Assembly: GCA_963725865.1 (NCBI GenBank)
Contig: CAVSAC010000014.1
Location: 1,120,001-1,184,000, forward strand
Reading direction: 5' to 3'
Source: Candidatus Eiseniibacteriota bacterium
GTDB lineage: Bacteria > Eisenbacteria > RBG-16-71-46
DNA length: 64,000 nucleotides
The notes below the pieces were generated by a model, which worked only from the letters and a program-made list of their open reading frames with translations, was not told where the DNA came from and searched no databases. The position numbers were made by a program, and so were the translations under genes. Below, piece by piece: positions 37,047 through 45,533 of this stretch (position 1 is its first letter; every line of letters begins with the position of its first letter).

Positions 37047-37589
37047 GGCGATGGTCCCGGAGTCGGGGGTGGGGCCACGCGGCGCGCGCGGCCGGCGAGT
37101 GCAAACGCACGCTCCCACGCGCGGCCGGGGAGCGTCAACCGGCGAGTCGCGGCGGCGCCGCTCGCGATGTGCGCCTCGCGGCGCGCGGGGGCGCGCGTGG
37201 CGCTGCGGCCTGCCGTGCGTTCGCGCGTCGCGGATCCCCGCCGTCGCGCAGGTGAGTCGCGACCACGCGATGGACTCCGCGAACGGGGCGATCACCGATC
37301 TCGGATTCCGCAACTGAGCGCTCCGCGCCGGGCGCTCCGCGGTCTGCCGGATGGCGCTCCGGGCGGGCCCGCTCCAGGCCGGGACCGCCTCCGGAACCCG
37401 CGCGAGTCGGGCCCGGCGGGGCGCTGCGTCCATCCGAACCCGCCGGGAGGGCGGCCGCGGCGCCGTCTGGAGCGGAAAATCGTTGCTCCAGCGCGTCGGC
37501 CCGCCTAACGTTGTCGCGCGCCGAGTTCGCCGGCGCACCAGCGCTCGGGCGTGGCCGCACCCCGATCCCCCCTCGGAGGTGGTGTGTCC

Positions 37590-39230
37590 ATGTCGGGAGG
37601 AAGCCCGTCTCACGCGGCCAGGATGTCCGCCCCGGCCCCGTGGCCCGGGCGGATCGCCGACCTGCTGCTCGCCTCCGCGCTGCTCTACGGACTGCTCACC
37701 GCCGCATTGCGACCCTTCGACGCGCTGCTGCAGCGCTCGTTCGACGACGCGTTCTACTACTCGCGCATCGCCGACAACCTCGCGCGCGGGCTCGGCTCCA
37801 CGTTCGACGGCCTCCATCCCACGAACGGCTACCAGCCGCTCTGGCAGTGGCTGCTGGTGCCGATCTTCAGCGCGAAGGGCTGGAGTCTCGAGACGCTCTA
37901 CCGGCTGCAGCTCGCCGCGCAGGTACCGGTGCTCGCGCTGGCGGGGCTCGCGGTCCGCCGCCTGCTGCGCACGTTCGTCGGCGGCTGGCCGGCCTGCGCG
38001 GGGATGGCGCTGTTCGCGTTCCTGGTCGTGCACCCATGCTTCAACGGCATGGAGACCGCGCTCCAGGTGCTGGCGCTCGCGCTGCTGCCGGCGTACGCGT
38101 GGCAGTCGCGCGCGCTCGCGGGCGGCGGGACGCGCGCGGTGTTCGGGCTCGGGATGCTGATCGGGCTCGCCATGCTGGCGCGACTCGACCTGGTGTTCCT
38201 GCCGCTGCTGCTCGGCATCGTGGCCGCGGCGCAGTGGCTGGCCGGCCGCCGCCCGCGCGGCGAGGTCGTGCGCGAGACCGTCGCGCTCATGGGCGGCGTC
38301 GCGCTGGTCATGGCACCCTACCTGCTCTGGAATCGCTGGGCGTTCGGCGCGGCGATGCCGATCAGCGGGATGCTCAAGACCAGCTTCCCCGTCGTGCACG
38401 TGGTGGCGACCCCGCCGGCACGACTCGGCGTGCGCGGGATGATCCACCTGGTGCTCGCGGTGGCCGTGATGGTGGTGGGGGCGCTCGGGGTCAGCCGCGA
38501 GGTCGCCGATCCGGCGCGCCGCTTCTGGCACTCGGTGCTCGCGATCGCGGCCGGCACCATGATCCTGCACCTGACCTACTCCACGCTGTTCATGGGCTGG
38601 GGCGTGTTCCGGTGGCACTTCCTCTGGTACGCCCTGGTGTCGAGCCTCGTGGTGCCGGAGGGCCTGCGGATGGTGGCGGCGTGGCTGCGCAGTGGCTCCG
38701 CGGCCGCGGCGCGCTGGAGCGAGGTGCCGGCCGCGGCGCTGGTCGTGCTGGTCGCGCTCGCGGGCACTCGCGAAGTGCTCGTGAAGGACTTCGCGCCCCT
38801 GCCGTACAACTGGCACGAAGCGGCCTACGACGCCAGCCTGTGGACCCGCGCGCACCTGCCGCCCGACGCGGTGATGGCGATGAACGACGCGGGATTGTTC
38901 GGGTACTTCAGCGACCGCCGGGTGGTGAACATGGACGGGGTCGTGAACAACCTCGAGTACCAGCGCGAGCTGAAGGCCGGCCGGCTCGGCGCGTACCTGC
39001 GCCAGGCCGGCGTGCGCTACGTGGTCAAGCACGACTTCGGCGACGTGGACTGGGGCGGCAGCGTGGACATCCACGCCTACCAGCACACCCCCTACCGGGT
39101 GCTGAGCCACCTCTACAACGCCTGGAGCGACACGCTGTGGCTGGACCGCTCGCGCGAGCTGTGGCGCTCGCGCGAGTTCCGCGACCAGGGCAAGAACGTC
39201 GTGTTCGCGATCTGGGAGCTGGAGCACTGA
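37590..39230 (+). CDS. GT-C-fold membrane glycosyltransferase-like protein
   Basis: GGAGG RBS; 'DDAFYYSRIADNL..G.G.TFDG..PTNGYQPLW', 'NGMET', 'LARLD', 'DAGLFGYFSDRRVVNMDGVVN'. Confidence 0.8.
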   Translation: MSGGSPSHAARMSAPAPWPGRIADLLLASALLYGLLTAALRPFDALLQRSFDDAFYYSRIADNLARGLGSTFDGLHPTNGYQPLWQWLLVPIFSAKGWSLETLYRLQLAAQVPVLALAGLAVRRLLRTFVGGWPACAGMALFAFLVVHPCFNGMETALQVLALALLPAYAWQSRALAGGGTRAVFGLGMLIGLAMLARLDLVFLPLLLGIVAAAQWLAGRRPRGEVVRETVALMGGVALVMAPYLLWNRWAFGAAMPISGMLKTSFPVVHVVATPPARLGVRGMIHLVLAVAVMVVGALGVSREVADPARRFWHSVLAIAAGTMILHLTYSTLFMGWGVFRWHFLWYALVSSLVVPEGLRMVAAWLRSGSAAAARWSEVPAAALVVLVALAGTREVLVKDFAPLPYNWHEAAYDASLWTRAHLPPDAVMAMNDAGLFGYFSDRRVVNMDGVVNNLEYQRELKAGRLGAYLRQAGVRYVVKHDFGDVDWGGSVDIHAYQHTPYRVLSHLYNAWSDTLWLDRSRELWRSREFRDQGKNVVFAIWELEH

Positions 39231-39351
39231 GGCGCCCGCCGGCCATTGCCCGGCCCCGGAGCGCGTGCTAGGTTGCGTCCCATCGCACGCCCATCGGCTC
39301 GCCCTCCGGCCCTGCCGCGCCGAGGGCTCCTCCGGACTCCATGAGGTGCCC

Positions 39352-39942
39352 ATGATCTCGACCAGCCGCACGCTGACTCTCGCCGACGTCGCCCTGCCGC
39401 GCGCCGGCGCGGTCCAGCAGGTCCTGCTCGTCCTCGGCGCCAGCGTGCTGACGGCACTCGCCGCGCAGCTCGAGGTGCGGCTGCCGTGGTCGCCGGTCCC
39501 GGTCACCGGGCAGACGTTCGCCGTGCTGCTGGCCGGCGCGGTGCTGGGCGCGCGCCGCGGCGCGCTCGCGCAGGTGCTCTACCTGGCGCAGGGTGCCGCC
39601 GGGCTGCCGGTGTTCGCGGGCGCCGCCGCGGGCGCCGCGGTGTTCGCCGGGCCCACCGCCGGCTACCTGGTGGCGTTCCCCGCCGCCGCGTGGGTCACCG
39701 GCGCGCTCGCCGAGCGCGGCTGGGATCGCCGCTTCCTCACGATGGTGGCGGCGATGCTGCTCGGCAGCGCGGTGATCTTCGCGAGCGGGCTCGCGTGGCT
39801 GTCGCTGTTCATGCCGCGCGCGCAGCTGCTGGCGGCCGGCCTGTTGCCGTTCGTCCCCGGCGACCTGGTGAAGTCGGCCCTCGCCGCGCTGGTGTTCCCG
39901 CGCGTTTGGCGGCTCGCACGGCGAGGTGGGATGTCCGCGTGA
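39352..39942 (+). CDS. bioY: Biotin transporter BioY
   Basis: 'PVPVTGQTFAVLLAGAVLG', 'GLPVFAG', 'GPTAGYL', 'PFVPGDLVK'. Confidence 0.93.
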   Translation: MISTSRTLTLADVALPRAGAVQQVLLVLGASVLTALAAQLEVRLPWSPVPVTGQTFAVLLAGAVLGARRGALAQVLYLAQGAAGLPVFAGAAAGAAVFAGPTAGYLVAFPAAAWVTGALAERGWDRRFLTMVAAMLLGSAVIFASGLAWLSLFMPRAQLLAAGLLPFVPGDLVKSALAALVFPRVWRLARRGGMSA

Positions 39943-40799
39943 CGGTCCGCACCATCGGCGTGCTGGGCGCCGGCCTGATGGGCCGGGGCATCGCGTACGT
40001 CGCGGCGCTGGGTGGGTTCGCGACGCGCCTGCAGGACACGAACGCCGACGCGCTCGCGCGCGCCGCCGCCGAGATCCACGCGATCCTCGACCAGGGTGTC
40101 GCGGCGGGCAAGGTGACCGCGGATGCCGCCGCCGCGGCGAAGCGCCAGCTCACCACCGCGGCCACGCTCGAGGCCGCCGCGCGCGGCGCCGATCTGGTGA
40201 TCGAGGCGGTGCCCGAGCGCATCGAGCTCAAGCTCGAGGTGTTCGCCGCGCTCGACCGCGCGGCGCCGGCGCACGCGCTGCTGGCGTCCAACACCTCGTC
40301 GCTCTCGATCACCGAGATGGCGGCCGCGACCGCCCGCCCCCGGCAGGTGGTGGGCATGCACTTCTTCAATCCGGTCCATCGCATGCGGCTGCTCGAGGTG
40401 GTGCGCGCGCTCGAGAGCAGCGACGAGGCGGTCGCCGCCGCCTGCGAGGTGGGCCGCGCGATGGGCAAGGAGTGCGTGGTGGTTCGCGAATCGCCCGGGT
40501 TCGTGACCAGCCGCATCAACGCGATGATCGGCAACGAGGCGTTCCACATGCTGCAGGAGGGCGTGGCGAGCGCGCGCGACATCGACCAGGCGCTCAAGCT
40601 CGGACTCAATCACCCGATGGGCCCGTTCGAGCTCGTGGACCTGGTGGGCCTCGACACGCGGCTCGCGATCCTGCGCTTCCTCCACCGCACGCTCGGGGAG
40701 AAGTTCCGCCCGTGCCCGCTGATGGAGCAATACGTCGCCGCCGGCCGGCTGGGTCGCAAGGTCGGGCGCGGCGTGTACGACTACGAGGGCTCGGCATGA
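39939..40799 (+). CDS. 3-hydroxyacyl-CoA dehydrogenase (Hbd/PaaH family)
   Basis: 'GAGLMGRGIA', 'IEAVPE', 'SNTSSL', 'GMHFFNPV', 'PMGPFEL.DLVGLD', 'GRKVGRG'. GTGA overlap with bioY. Confidence 0.93.
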   Translation: MTVRTIGVLGAGLMGRGIAYVAALGGFATRLQDTNADALARAAAEIHAILDQGVAAGKVTADAAAAAKRQLTTAATLEAAARGADLVIEAVPERIELKLEVFAALDRAAPAHALLASNTSSLSITEMAAATARPRQVVGMHFFNPVHRMRLLEVVRALESSDEAVAAACEVGRAMGKECVVVRESPGFVTSRINAMIGNEAFHMLQEGVASARDIDQALKLGLNHPMGPFELVDLVGLDTRLAILRFLHRTLGEKFRPCPLMEQYVAAGRLGRKVGRGVYDYEGSA

Positions 40800-41812
40800 G
40801 CGCGAACCGCAAGCGGGCAGCGAAGCGCAAGTCGGCCTCCCGGGCGGCGAGCGCCGCGGGGGCGGCGAGGCCGAAGCGCGCGACAGCGCAGCGGACGAAG
40901 GCTCACGCGCGCGCGAAGGTCGCACCAGCGCCGCCGCGTGCGAGCGCGACGAGCAAGCCGGCCCCCGTCCGCGCGAGCGGCGGCCCGGCGAAGGGAGCGA
41001 AGGCCAAGGCGACTCGCCGGCCGATCCGGCGCGTGGCCGCCGCCACCAGTCCGTGGGAGAAGGCCGCCCGCGCCCGCGCCGCGCTCCGGGCGGGCCGCAC
41101 CGCCGCCGCGGCGAAGGCCGCGCGCACGCGCGCCGGTCGCAAGGCCGGTCGCACCGCCGCCGCGAAGCGGCTGGCGGCGCGGCGAGCCGCGGAGCGCGCG
41201 GCCGCTCCCCGCCCGGCCCCGCGCGCAGCGGCACCTCGCCGACCGGCGGCCGCGCCGCCTCGACGCCCCGCACCACCGAAGCTGCGGGTGGTCCGGCGCC
41301 CCGCGCCGCCGTCGCCGGCGTTCCCGCAAGCGCGGGACGGTTCGGCCAAGCAGCGCGTATTGTTCGAGCTGGTGCGTGCCCGCACCGCGCTGATGGCCGC
41401 GCTCCACGGCCTCGGCGGCGGGACCGAGGAGCGGCCGCTCGGACCGGGCCGCTGGTCGATCCGCGAGGCGGTGCTCCATCTGGTGACGCGCGATCGCGCG
41501 CGTCTCCAGGAGTTCGAGTCCACGCTCCACGGCCGCCGCGCGTCGTGGATCGACCTGCCCCAGGTAACCACCACGCGCATGAACGAGGAGGCGCTCGCTC
41601 CGCTGCGGCATCACGGCTGGGACGATGCGCTGCGGATGCTCCAGCTCACCCGGCAGCAGCTGATGGAGGCGATCGAGGCGATCCCCGCCGAGCCAGCCGA
41701 GCGCTGGACCCAGGAACATCCGTTCGGGGAGATGCTGCTGATGCTGCCGCCGCACGACCGCCGTCACGCCGAACAGATCAAGGCCGCCCGGATGGCCGCC
41801 GCGCCGCGCTGA
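40796..41812 (+). CDS. DinB/YfiT-like protein with long Lys/Arg/Ala-rich N-terminal extension
   Basis: C-domain 'WSIREAVLHL...RD', 'HDRRHAEQI' (DinB His motifs); about 180 aa of basic low-complexity N-terminus; ATGA overlap. Confidence 0.75.
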   Translation: MSANRKRAAKRKSASRAASAAGAARPKRATAQRTKAHARAKVAPAPPRASATSKPAPVRASGGPAKGAKAKATRRPIRRVAAATSPWEKAARARAALRAGRTAAAAKAARTRAGRKAGRTAAAKRLAARRAAERAAAPRPAPRAAAPRRPAAAPPRRPAPPKLRVVRRPAPPSPAFPQARDGSAKQRVLFELVRARTALMAALHGLGGGTEERPLGPGRWSIREAVLHLVTRDRARLQEFESTLHGRRASWIDLPQVTTTRMNEEALAPLRHHGWDDALRMLQLTRQQLMEAIEAIPAEPAERWTQEHPFGEMLLMLPPHDRRHAEQIKAARMAAAPR

Positions 41813-41916
41813 CCATCCCGTCCGCTCGTGTCCGCGGCACCCGTGCGGGCGCCGCTTCCAGTCCATCCGGCCGCGCCCGGCCGCAGTTCGTCCCATCGAC
41901 CCTCGGGAGGAAGTCC

Positions 41917-42507
41917 ATGTCACCCCGTCTCACCCGTCTCGCGCCGCTGGCCGTCGTGCTCGCGCTCACCGGATTCGCGCTCTACGTGCCTACGCTCGCC
42001 TCCTCGCAGTCAGGCGCCCCGCCGCAGGGCGGAGCCCAGGGCGCTCCGTCGCAGGGACGCGGGCCGATGGGGCCGCGGCCCGGGTGGGCGGCGGTGGACT
42101 CGTTCGCGTCCGACCGCGACAGCATGGCCAAGGTGGTGCTCGAGCGCATTGCGGGCCGCGAGGAGCAGCCGGCCGAGAGCGTGTTCAAGAACATCAAGGT
42201 GATGAAGGGCGTGCCCGCCGGCCGGCTGGTGCGCATCATGAACGGCGGCTTCGGACGCAGCCTCGGCGTCGGCTGCGAGCACTGCCACGTGCCCGGGCAC
42301 TGGGCCGACGAGGACAAGAAGCAGAAGCAGGTCGCGCGTGACATGATGGCGATGGTGGACACCATCAACCGGGTGCTGCTGCCGCACATCGCGAACCTCC
42401 AGAGCGAGCAGCCGCACGTGAACTGCGGCGTGTGTCATCGCGGGGCGCCGCGCCCCGGCGCCGAGATGGGCGGCCCGCGCCCCGGCGGCGATCGCGCTCC
42501 ACGCTGA
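41917..42507 (+). CDS. Secreted diheme c-type cytochrome (short PufC-like family)
   Basis: GGAGG RBS, signal peptide, 'FKNIKVMKG', 'LGVGCEHCHV', 'ARDMMAMV', 'VNCGVCHRG'. Confidence 0.85.
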   Translation: MSPRLTRLAPLAVVLALTGFALYVPTLASSQSGAPPQGGAQGAPSQGRGPMGPRPGWAAVDSFASDRDSMAKVVLERIAGREEQPAESVFKNIKVMKGVPAGRLVRIMNGGFGRSLGVGCEHCHVPGHWADEDKKQKQVARDMMAMVDTINRVLLPHIANLQSEQPHVNCGVCHRGAPRPGAEMGGPRPGGDRAPR

Positions 42508-42627
42508 ACCGCGCGTGCGCTCGCGCCTCGACAGGGCGTGCGCGCGGCGGCATCATGACGACGACACGAAGCGAACCCCGCCGCCGCGGTCGCGGGCGGC
42601 GACCACGCTGACGCGGAGACCCCACGC

Positions 42628-44091
42628 ATGACCGACACGCTCGCGCCGCTCCAGCCGGGCCGGCTGCTGATCGACGGGCAGTCGATCGACGCCGTGGCCG
42701 GCCGCACCTTCACCACCGTCAATCCGGCCACCGAGGTCCCGCTCTGCGAGGTGGCCGAGGCCGGGCCCGAGGATGTCGACCGCGCGGTGCGCGCCGCGCG
42801 CGCCGCGTTCGACGGCGGACCGTGGTCCAAGATGCGCGCGGCCGAGCGCCAGCGCATCCTCTGGCGGCTCGGCGACCTGATTCTGGAGCACGGCGACGAG
42901 CTGGCGCGGCTCGAGACGCTCGACAACGGCAAGCCGATCTTCGAGTCGCGCCAGGTCGACATCCCGATGGTCGCGGGCTGCTTCCACTACTTCTCGGGGT
43001 GGGCCACCAAGCTCACCGGCGACACCGTGCCGGTGAATCCGGCGTACCACACCTACACGCTGCGCGAGCCGGTCGGCGTGGTGGGTGCGATCATCCCGTG
43101 GAACTTCCCGATGATCATGGTGGGCTGGAAGTGCGCGCCGGCGCTCGCGGCGGGGAACACCGTGGTGCTGAAGCCGGCCGAGCTCACGCCGCTCACCGCC
43201 CTGCGCATCGGCGCGCTCGCGCTCGAGGCCGGCCTGCCGCCGGGCGTGCTGAACGTGATCAGCGGCAAGGGCGCGGTCGCGGGCGAGGCGCTGGTCCAGC
43301 ACCCGGGCGTGGACAAGATCTCGTTCACCGGTTCGACCGAGGTCGGCAAACACATCATGCGCGCGTCCGCCGACACGCTGAAGAAGGTCACGCTCGAGCT
43401 GGGCGGCAAGTCGCCGAACATCGTGTTCGCCGACGCCGACCTGGACGCCGCGCTGCGCGGGGCGACCACCGGCATCTTCTACGGCAAGGGCGAGGTGTGC
43501 GCCGCCGGGTCGCGCCTGCTGGTCGAGGCCAGCGTGTACGACGAGTTCGTCGCCCGGCTCGCCGAGCGCGCGAAGAAGGTGCTGCCCGGCGATCCGCTCG
43601 ATCCCAAGACCCGGCTCGGCGCCCTGGTGAGCCGCGACCAGATGGAGAAGGTGCTCGGCTACGTGAAGACCGGCGTCGGCGAGGGCGCCACGCTGCTGGC
43701 CGGCGGCGAGCGCATGCCGATCGGCGGCAAGGGCTGGTTCGTGCCCGGCACGGTGCTGGGCGGGGTCGACAATCACATGCGCGTCGCGCAGGAGGAGATC
43801 TTCGGGCCGGTGCTCGCGGTCATCCGCTTCGACGGGACCGACGACGCGGTCGCGCAGGCCAACGACGTGCCGTTCGGCCTGGCGGCCGGGGTGTGGACCC
43901 GCGACGTCAAGAAGGCGCACTCGGTCGCGCGGCGCCTGCGGGCCGGCACGGTGTGGATCAACATGTACAACTTCTACGATCCCGCGATGCCCTTCGGCGG
44001 AGTCAAGGCGTCGGGATTCGGCCGCGACCTCGGCGCCGACAGCCTGTACGAGTACTCCCAGGTCAAGAGTGTCTGGACCAGCATCGAGTGA
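42628..44091 (+). CDS. NAD(P)-dependent aldehyde dehydrogenase
   Basis: 'IIPWNFP', 'KPAELTP', 'FTGSTEVG', 'LELGGKSP', catalytic 'GEVCAAGSR', 'EEIFGPV', 'PFGGVKASG'. Confidence 0.96.
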   Translation: MTDTLAPLQPGRLLIDGQSIDAVAGRTFTTVNPATEVPLCEVAEAGPEDVDRAVRAARAAFDGGPWSKMRAAERQRILWRLGDLILEHGDELARLETLDNGKPIFESRQVDIPMVAGCFHYFSGWATKLTGDTVPVNPAYHTYTLREPVGVVGAIIPWNFPMIMVGWKCAPALAAGNTVVLKPAELTPLTALRIGALALEAGLPPGVLNVISGKGAVAGEALVQHPGVDKISFTGSTEVGKHIMRASADTLKKVTLELGGKSPNIVFADADLDAALRGATTGIFYGKGEVCAAGSRLLVEASVYDEFVARLAERAKKVLPGDPLDPKTRLGALVSRDQMEKVLGYVKTGVGEGATLLAGGERMPIGGKGWFVPGTVLGGVDNHMRVAQEEIFGPVLAVIRFDGTDDAVAQANDVPFGLAAGVWTRDVKKAHSVARRLRAGTVWINMYNFYDPAMPFGGVKASGFGRDLGADSLYEYSQVKSVWTSIE

Positions 44092-44101
44092 GGAGGCTGT
44101 C

Positions 44102-45238
44102 GTGGACCGGCTGCTCTACGTGATCGCGTACACCACCGACCTCGCAGGCATGACGCGGTTCTACCGCGACGAGATCGGCCTCGAGAGCGCTCAGCAGAAC
44201 GCGCACTGGGCGGACTACCACACCGGCGGTGCGCGGCTGGGGACCATGGAGGTCCATCCGGGGATGGCGTGCGAGATCGAGATCTCACTGCACGCTCCCG
44301 AGCTGGAGGCCACCGTCGCCGCGCTGCGCGCGCGGGGCGTGTCCTTCATGGGCCCGATCAAGACCATTCCCTACGGTCGCCTGGCGCACCTGCGCGATCC
44401 CAACGGCACGCTGATCTCGCTGTATGCGCCCGACCGGGTGCCGGAGCCGCTCGCGAGCGAACCCGGACTCCTGCTGCTGATCAACGCCGACGACTTCGGC
44501 CGCACCGTCGCGTTCTATCGCGACACGCTCCGCCTCGAGGTGGCCGCGGAGGCCGCGGGGTGGGTGGAGTTCGACACCGGCGGCTCGCGCATCACCGTGC
44601 ACCGGCGGCCGCGCGGCGGCGACCATCCGGACCACGCCTCGCAGAAGGTGGTGTTCGGGTTCGAGGTCGCGAGCCTCGATCGGTCCGCCGCTTCGATGCG
44701 TGCGCGCGGACTCCACTTCTCGACCGCGCCCACCGACGAGGACTTCGGCCCGTATGCCGAGGCGACCGATCCCGAGGGCAACGTGGTCGTGTTCCGCGAG
44801 CCGACTCCGGAGCCCGCGCTCGAGGAGGTGCTGGCCGAGGCGTACGCGGACGACGACGCGCCCGCGCGCATCGCCATCCGCAAACCGGTCCAGAAGCAGT
44901 CGAAGGCCATCAGTCGAGTGGTCAACCGGCCCGAGTACAAGGTGAAGAAGGCCGCGGCACTGAAGGCCCCTGCGACCTCGGCCGAGCCGGCCCCGCGCGC
45001 GAGCGCGACCAACTCGACGCGCAAGCGGGCTGCCGCCTCCAAGCGAGGAGCCGGGCAGGCCGGCGCCCGGCTCAAACCCAAGACCACGCGGGACGTCAAA
45101 CGGGCGAAGTCCAAGCCGGCATCCGGGCGCGCGAAGAAGGCGTCCGCCCGCTCGGCGGCGGGGAAGAAGCGGGCGGTCGCGCGCGCCAGCAAGTCGCGAC
45201 CGGTGAAGCGTGAGGTCAAGGGCGGTCGCAAGCGCTGA
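44102..45238 (+). CDS. Tandem VOC/glyoxalase-domain protein with Lys/Arg-rich C-terminal tail
   Basis: Two VOC domains ('FYRDEIGL...RDPNG', 'FYRDTLRL...DPEGN'); AGGAGG RBS before GTG; basic tail. Confidence 0.85.
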   Translation: MDRLLYVIAYTTDLAGMTRFYRDEIGLESAQQNAHWADYHTGGARLGTMEVHPGMACEIEISLHAPELEATVAALRARGVSFMGPIKTIPYGRLAHLRDPNGTLISLYAPDRVPEPLASEPGLLLLINADDFGRTVAFYRDTLRLEVAAEAAGWVEFDTGGSRITVHRRPRGGDHPDHASQKVVFGFEVASLDRSAASMRARGLHFSTAPTDEDFGPYAEATDPEGNVVVFREPTPEPALEEVLAEAYADDDAPARIAIRKPVQKQSKAISRVVNRPEYKVKKAAALKAPATSAEPAPRASATNSTRKRAAASKRGAGQAGARLKPKTTRDVKRAKSKPASGRAKKASARSAAGKKRAVARASKSRPVKREVKGGRKR

Positions 45239-45470
45239 CCGATCCGTTGAATGCACCGCGGCCGCCGATCCCTTGCGGGCTCGACGGCCGCGCTGTCGGT
45301 GGGCCGTGCGGCGACCGCCGCCGGCCCGGATAGTCCGCGGGCGCCTTTCCCGTCTGTCCCCCGACCATGACGGTTCCAGCGCCCGAGGTTCCCAGCGTCG
45401 GGTTTTCACGCCCGTACTCGACGTGATTTCCCGGACGACAGTATGCGAGACCGGGCTTGCCGACCGGCAT

Positions 45471-45486
45471 GTCTCATATTCGAGAC
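45471..45486. promoter_or_regulatory. Inverted repeat GTCTC-N6-GAGAC, candidate Fis-type HTH operator
   Basis: GTCTC-ATATTC-GAGAC about 50 nt upstream of the kinase/regulator operon. Confidence 0.4.
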
Positions 45487-45533
45487 GGCCCGTATTGCCG
45501 TTGGGGCCCGACGCTTCTACTATTGAGCCAGCG

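Noticed and set aside
37047..37589. Short ORFs or structured RNA in the ~540-nt gap between atuA and the GT-C gene (e.g. 37021-37317+)
   Set aside because: No convincing RBS, motif or recognisable riboswitch; extreme GC makes apparent hairpins uninformative.
41917..42507. Evidence for phototrophy from the PufC-like cytochrome together with the heme oxygenase
   Set aside because: No reaction-centre, bacteriochlorophyll, bilin reductase or phytochrome genes in the window.
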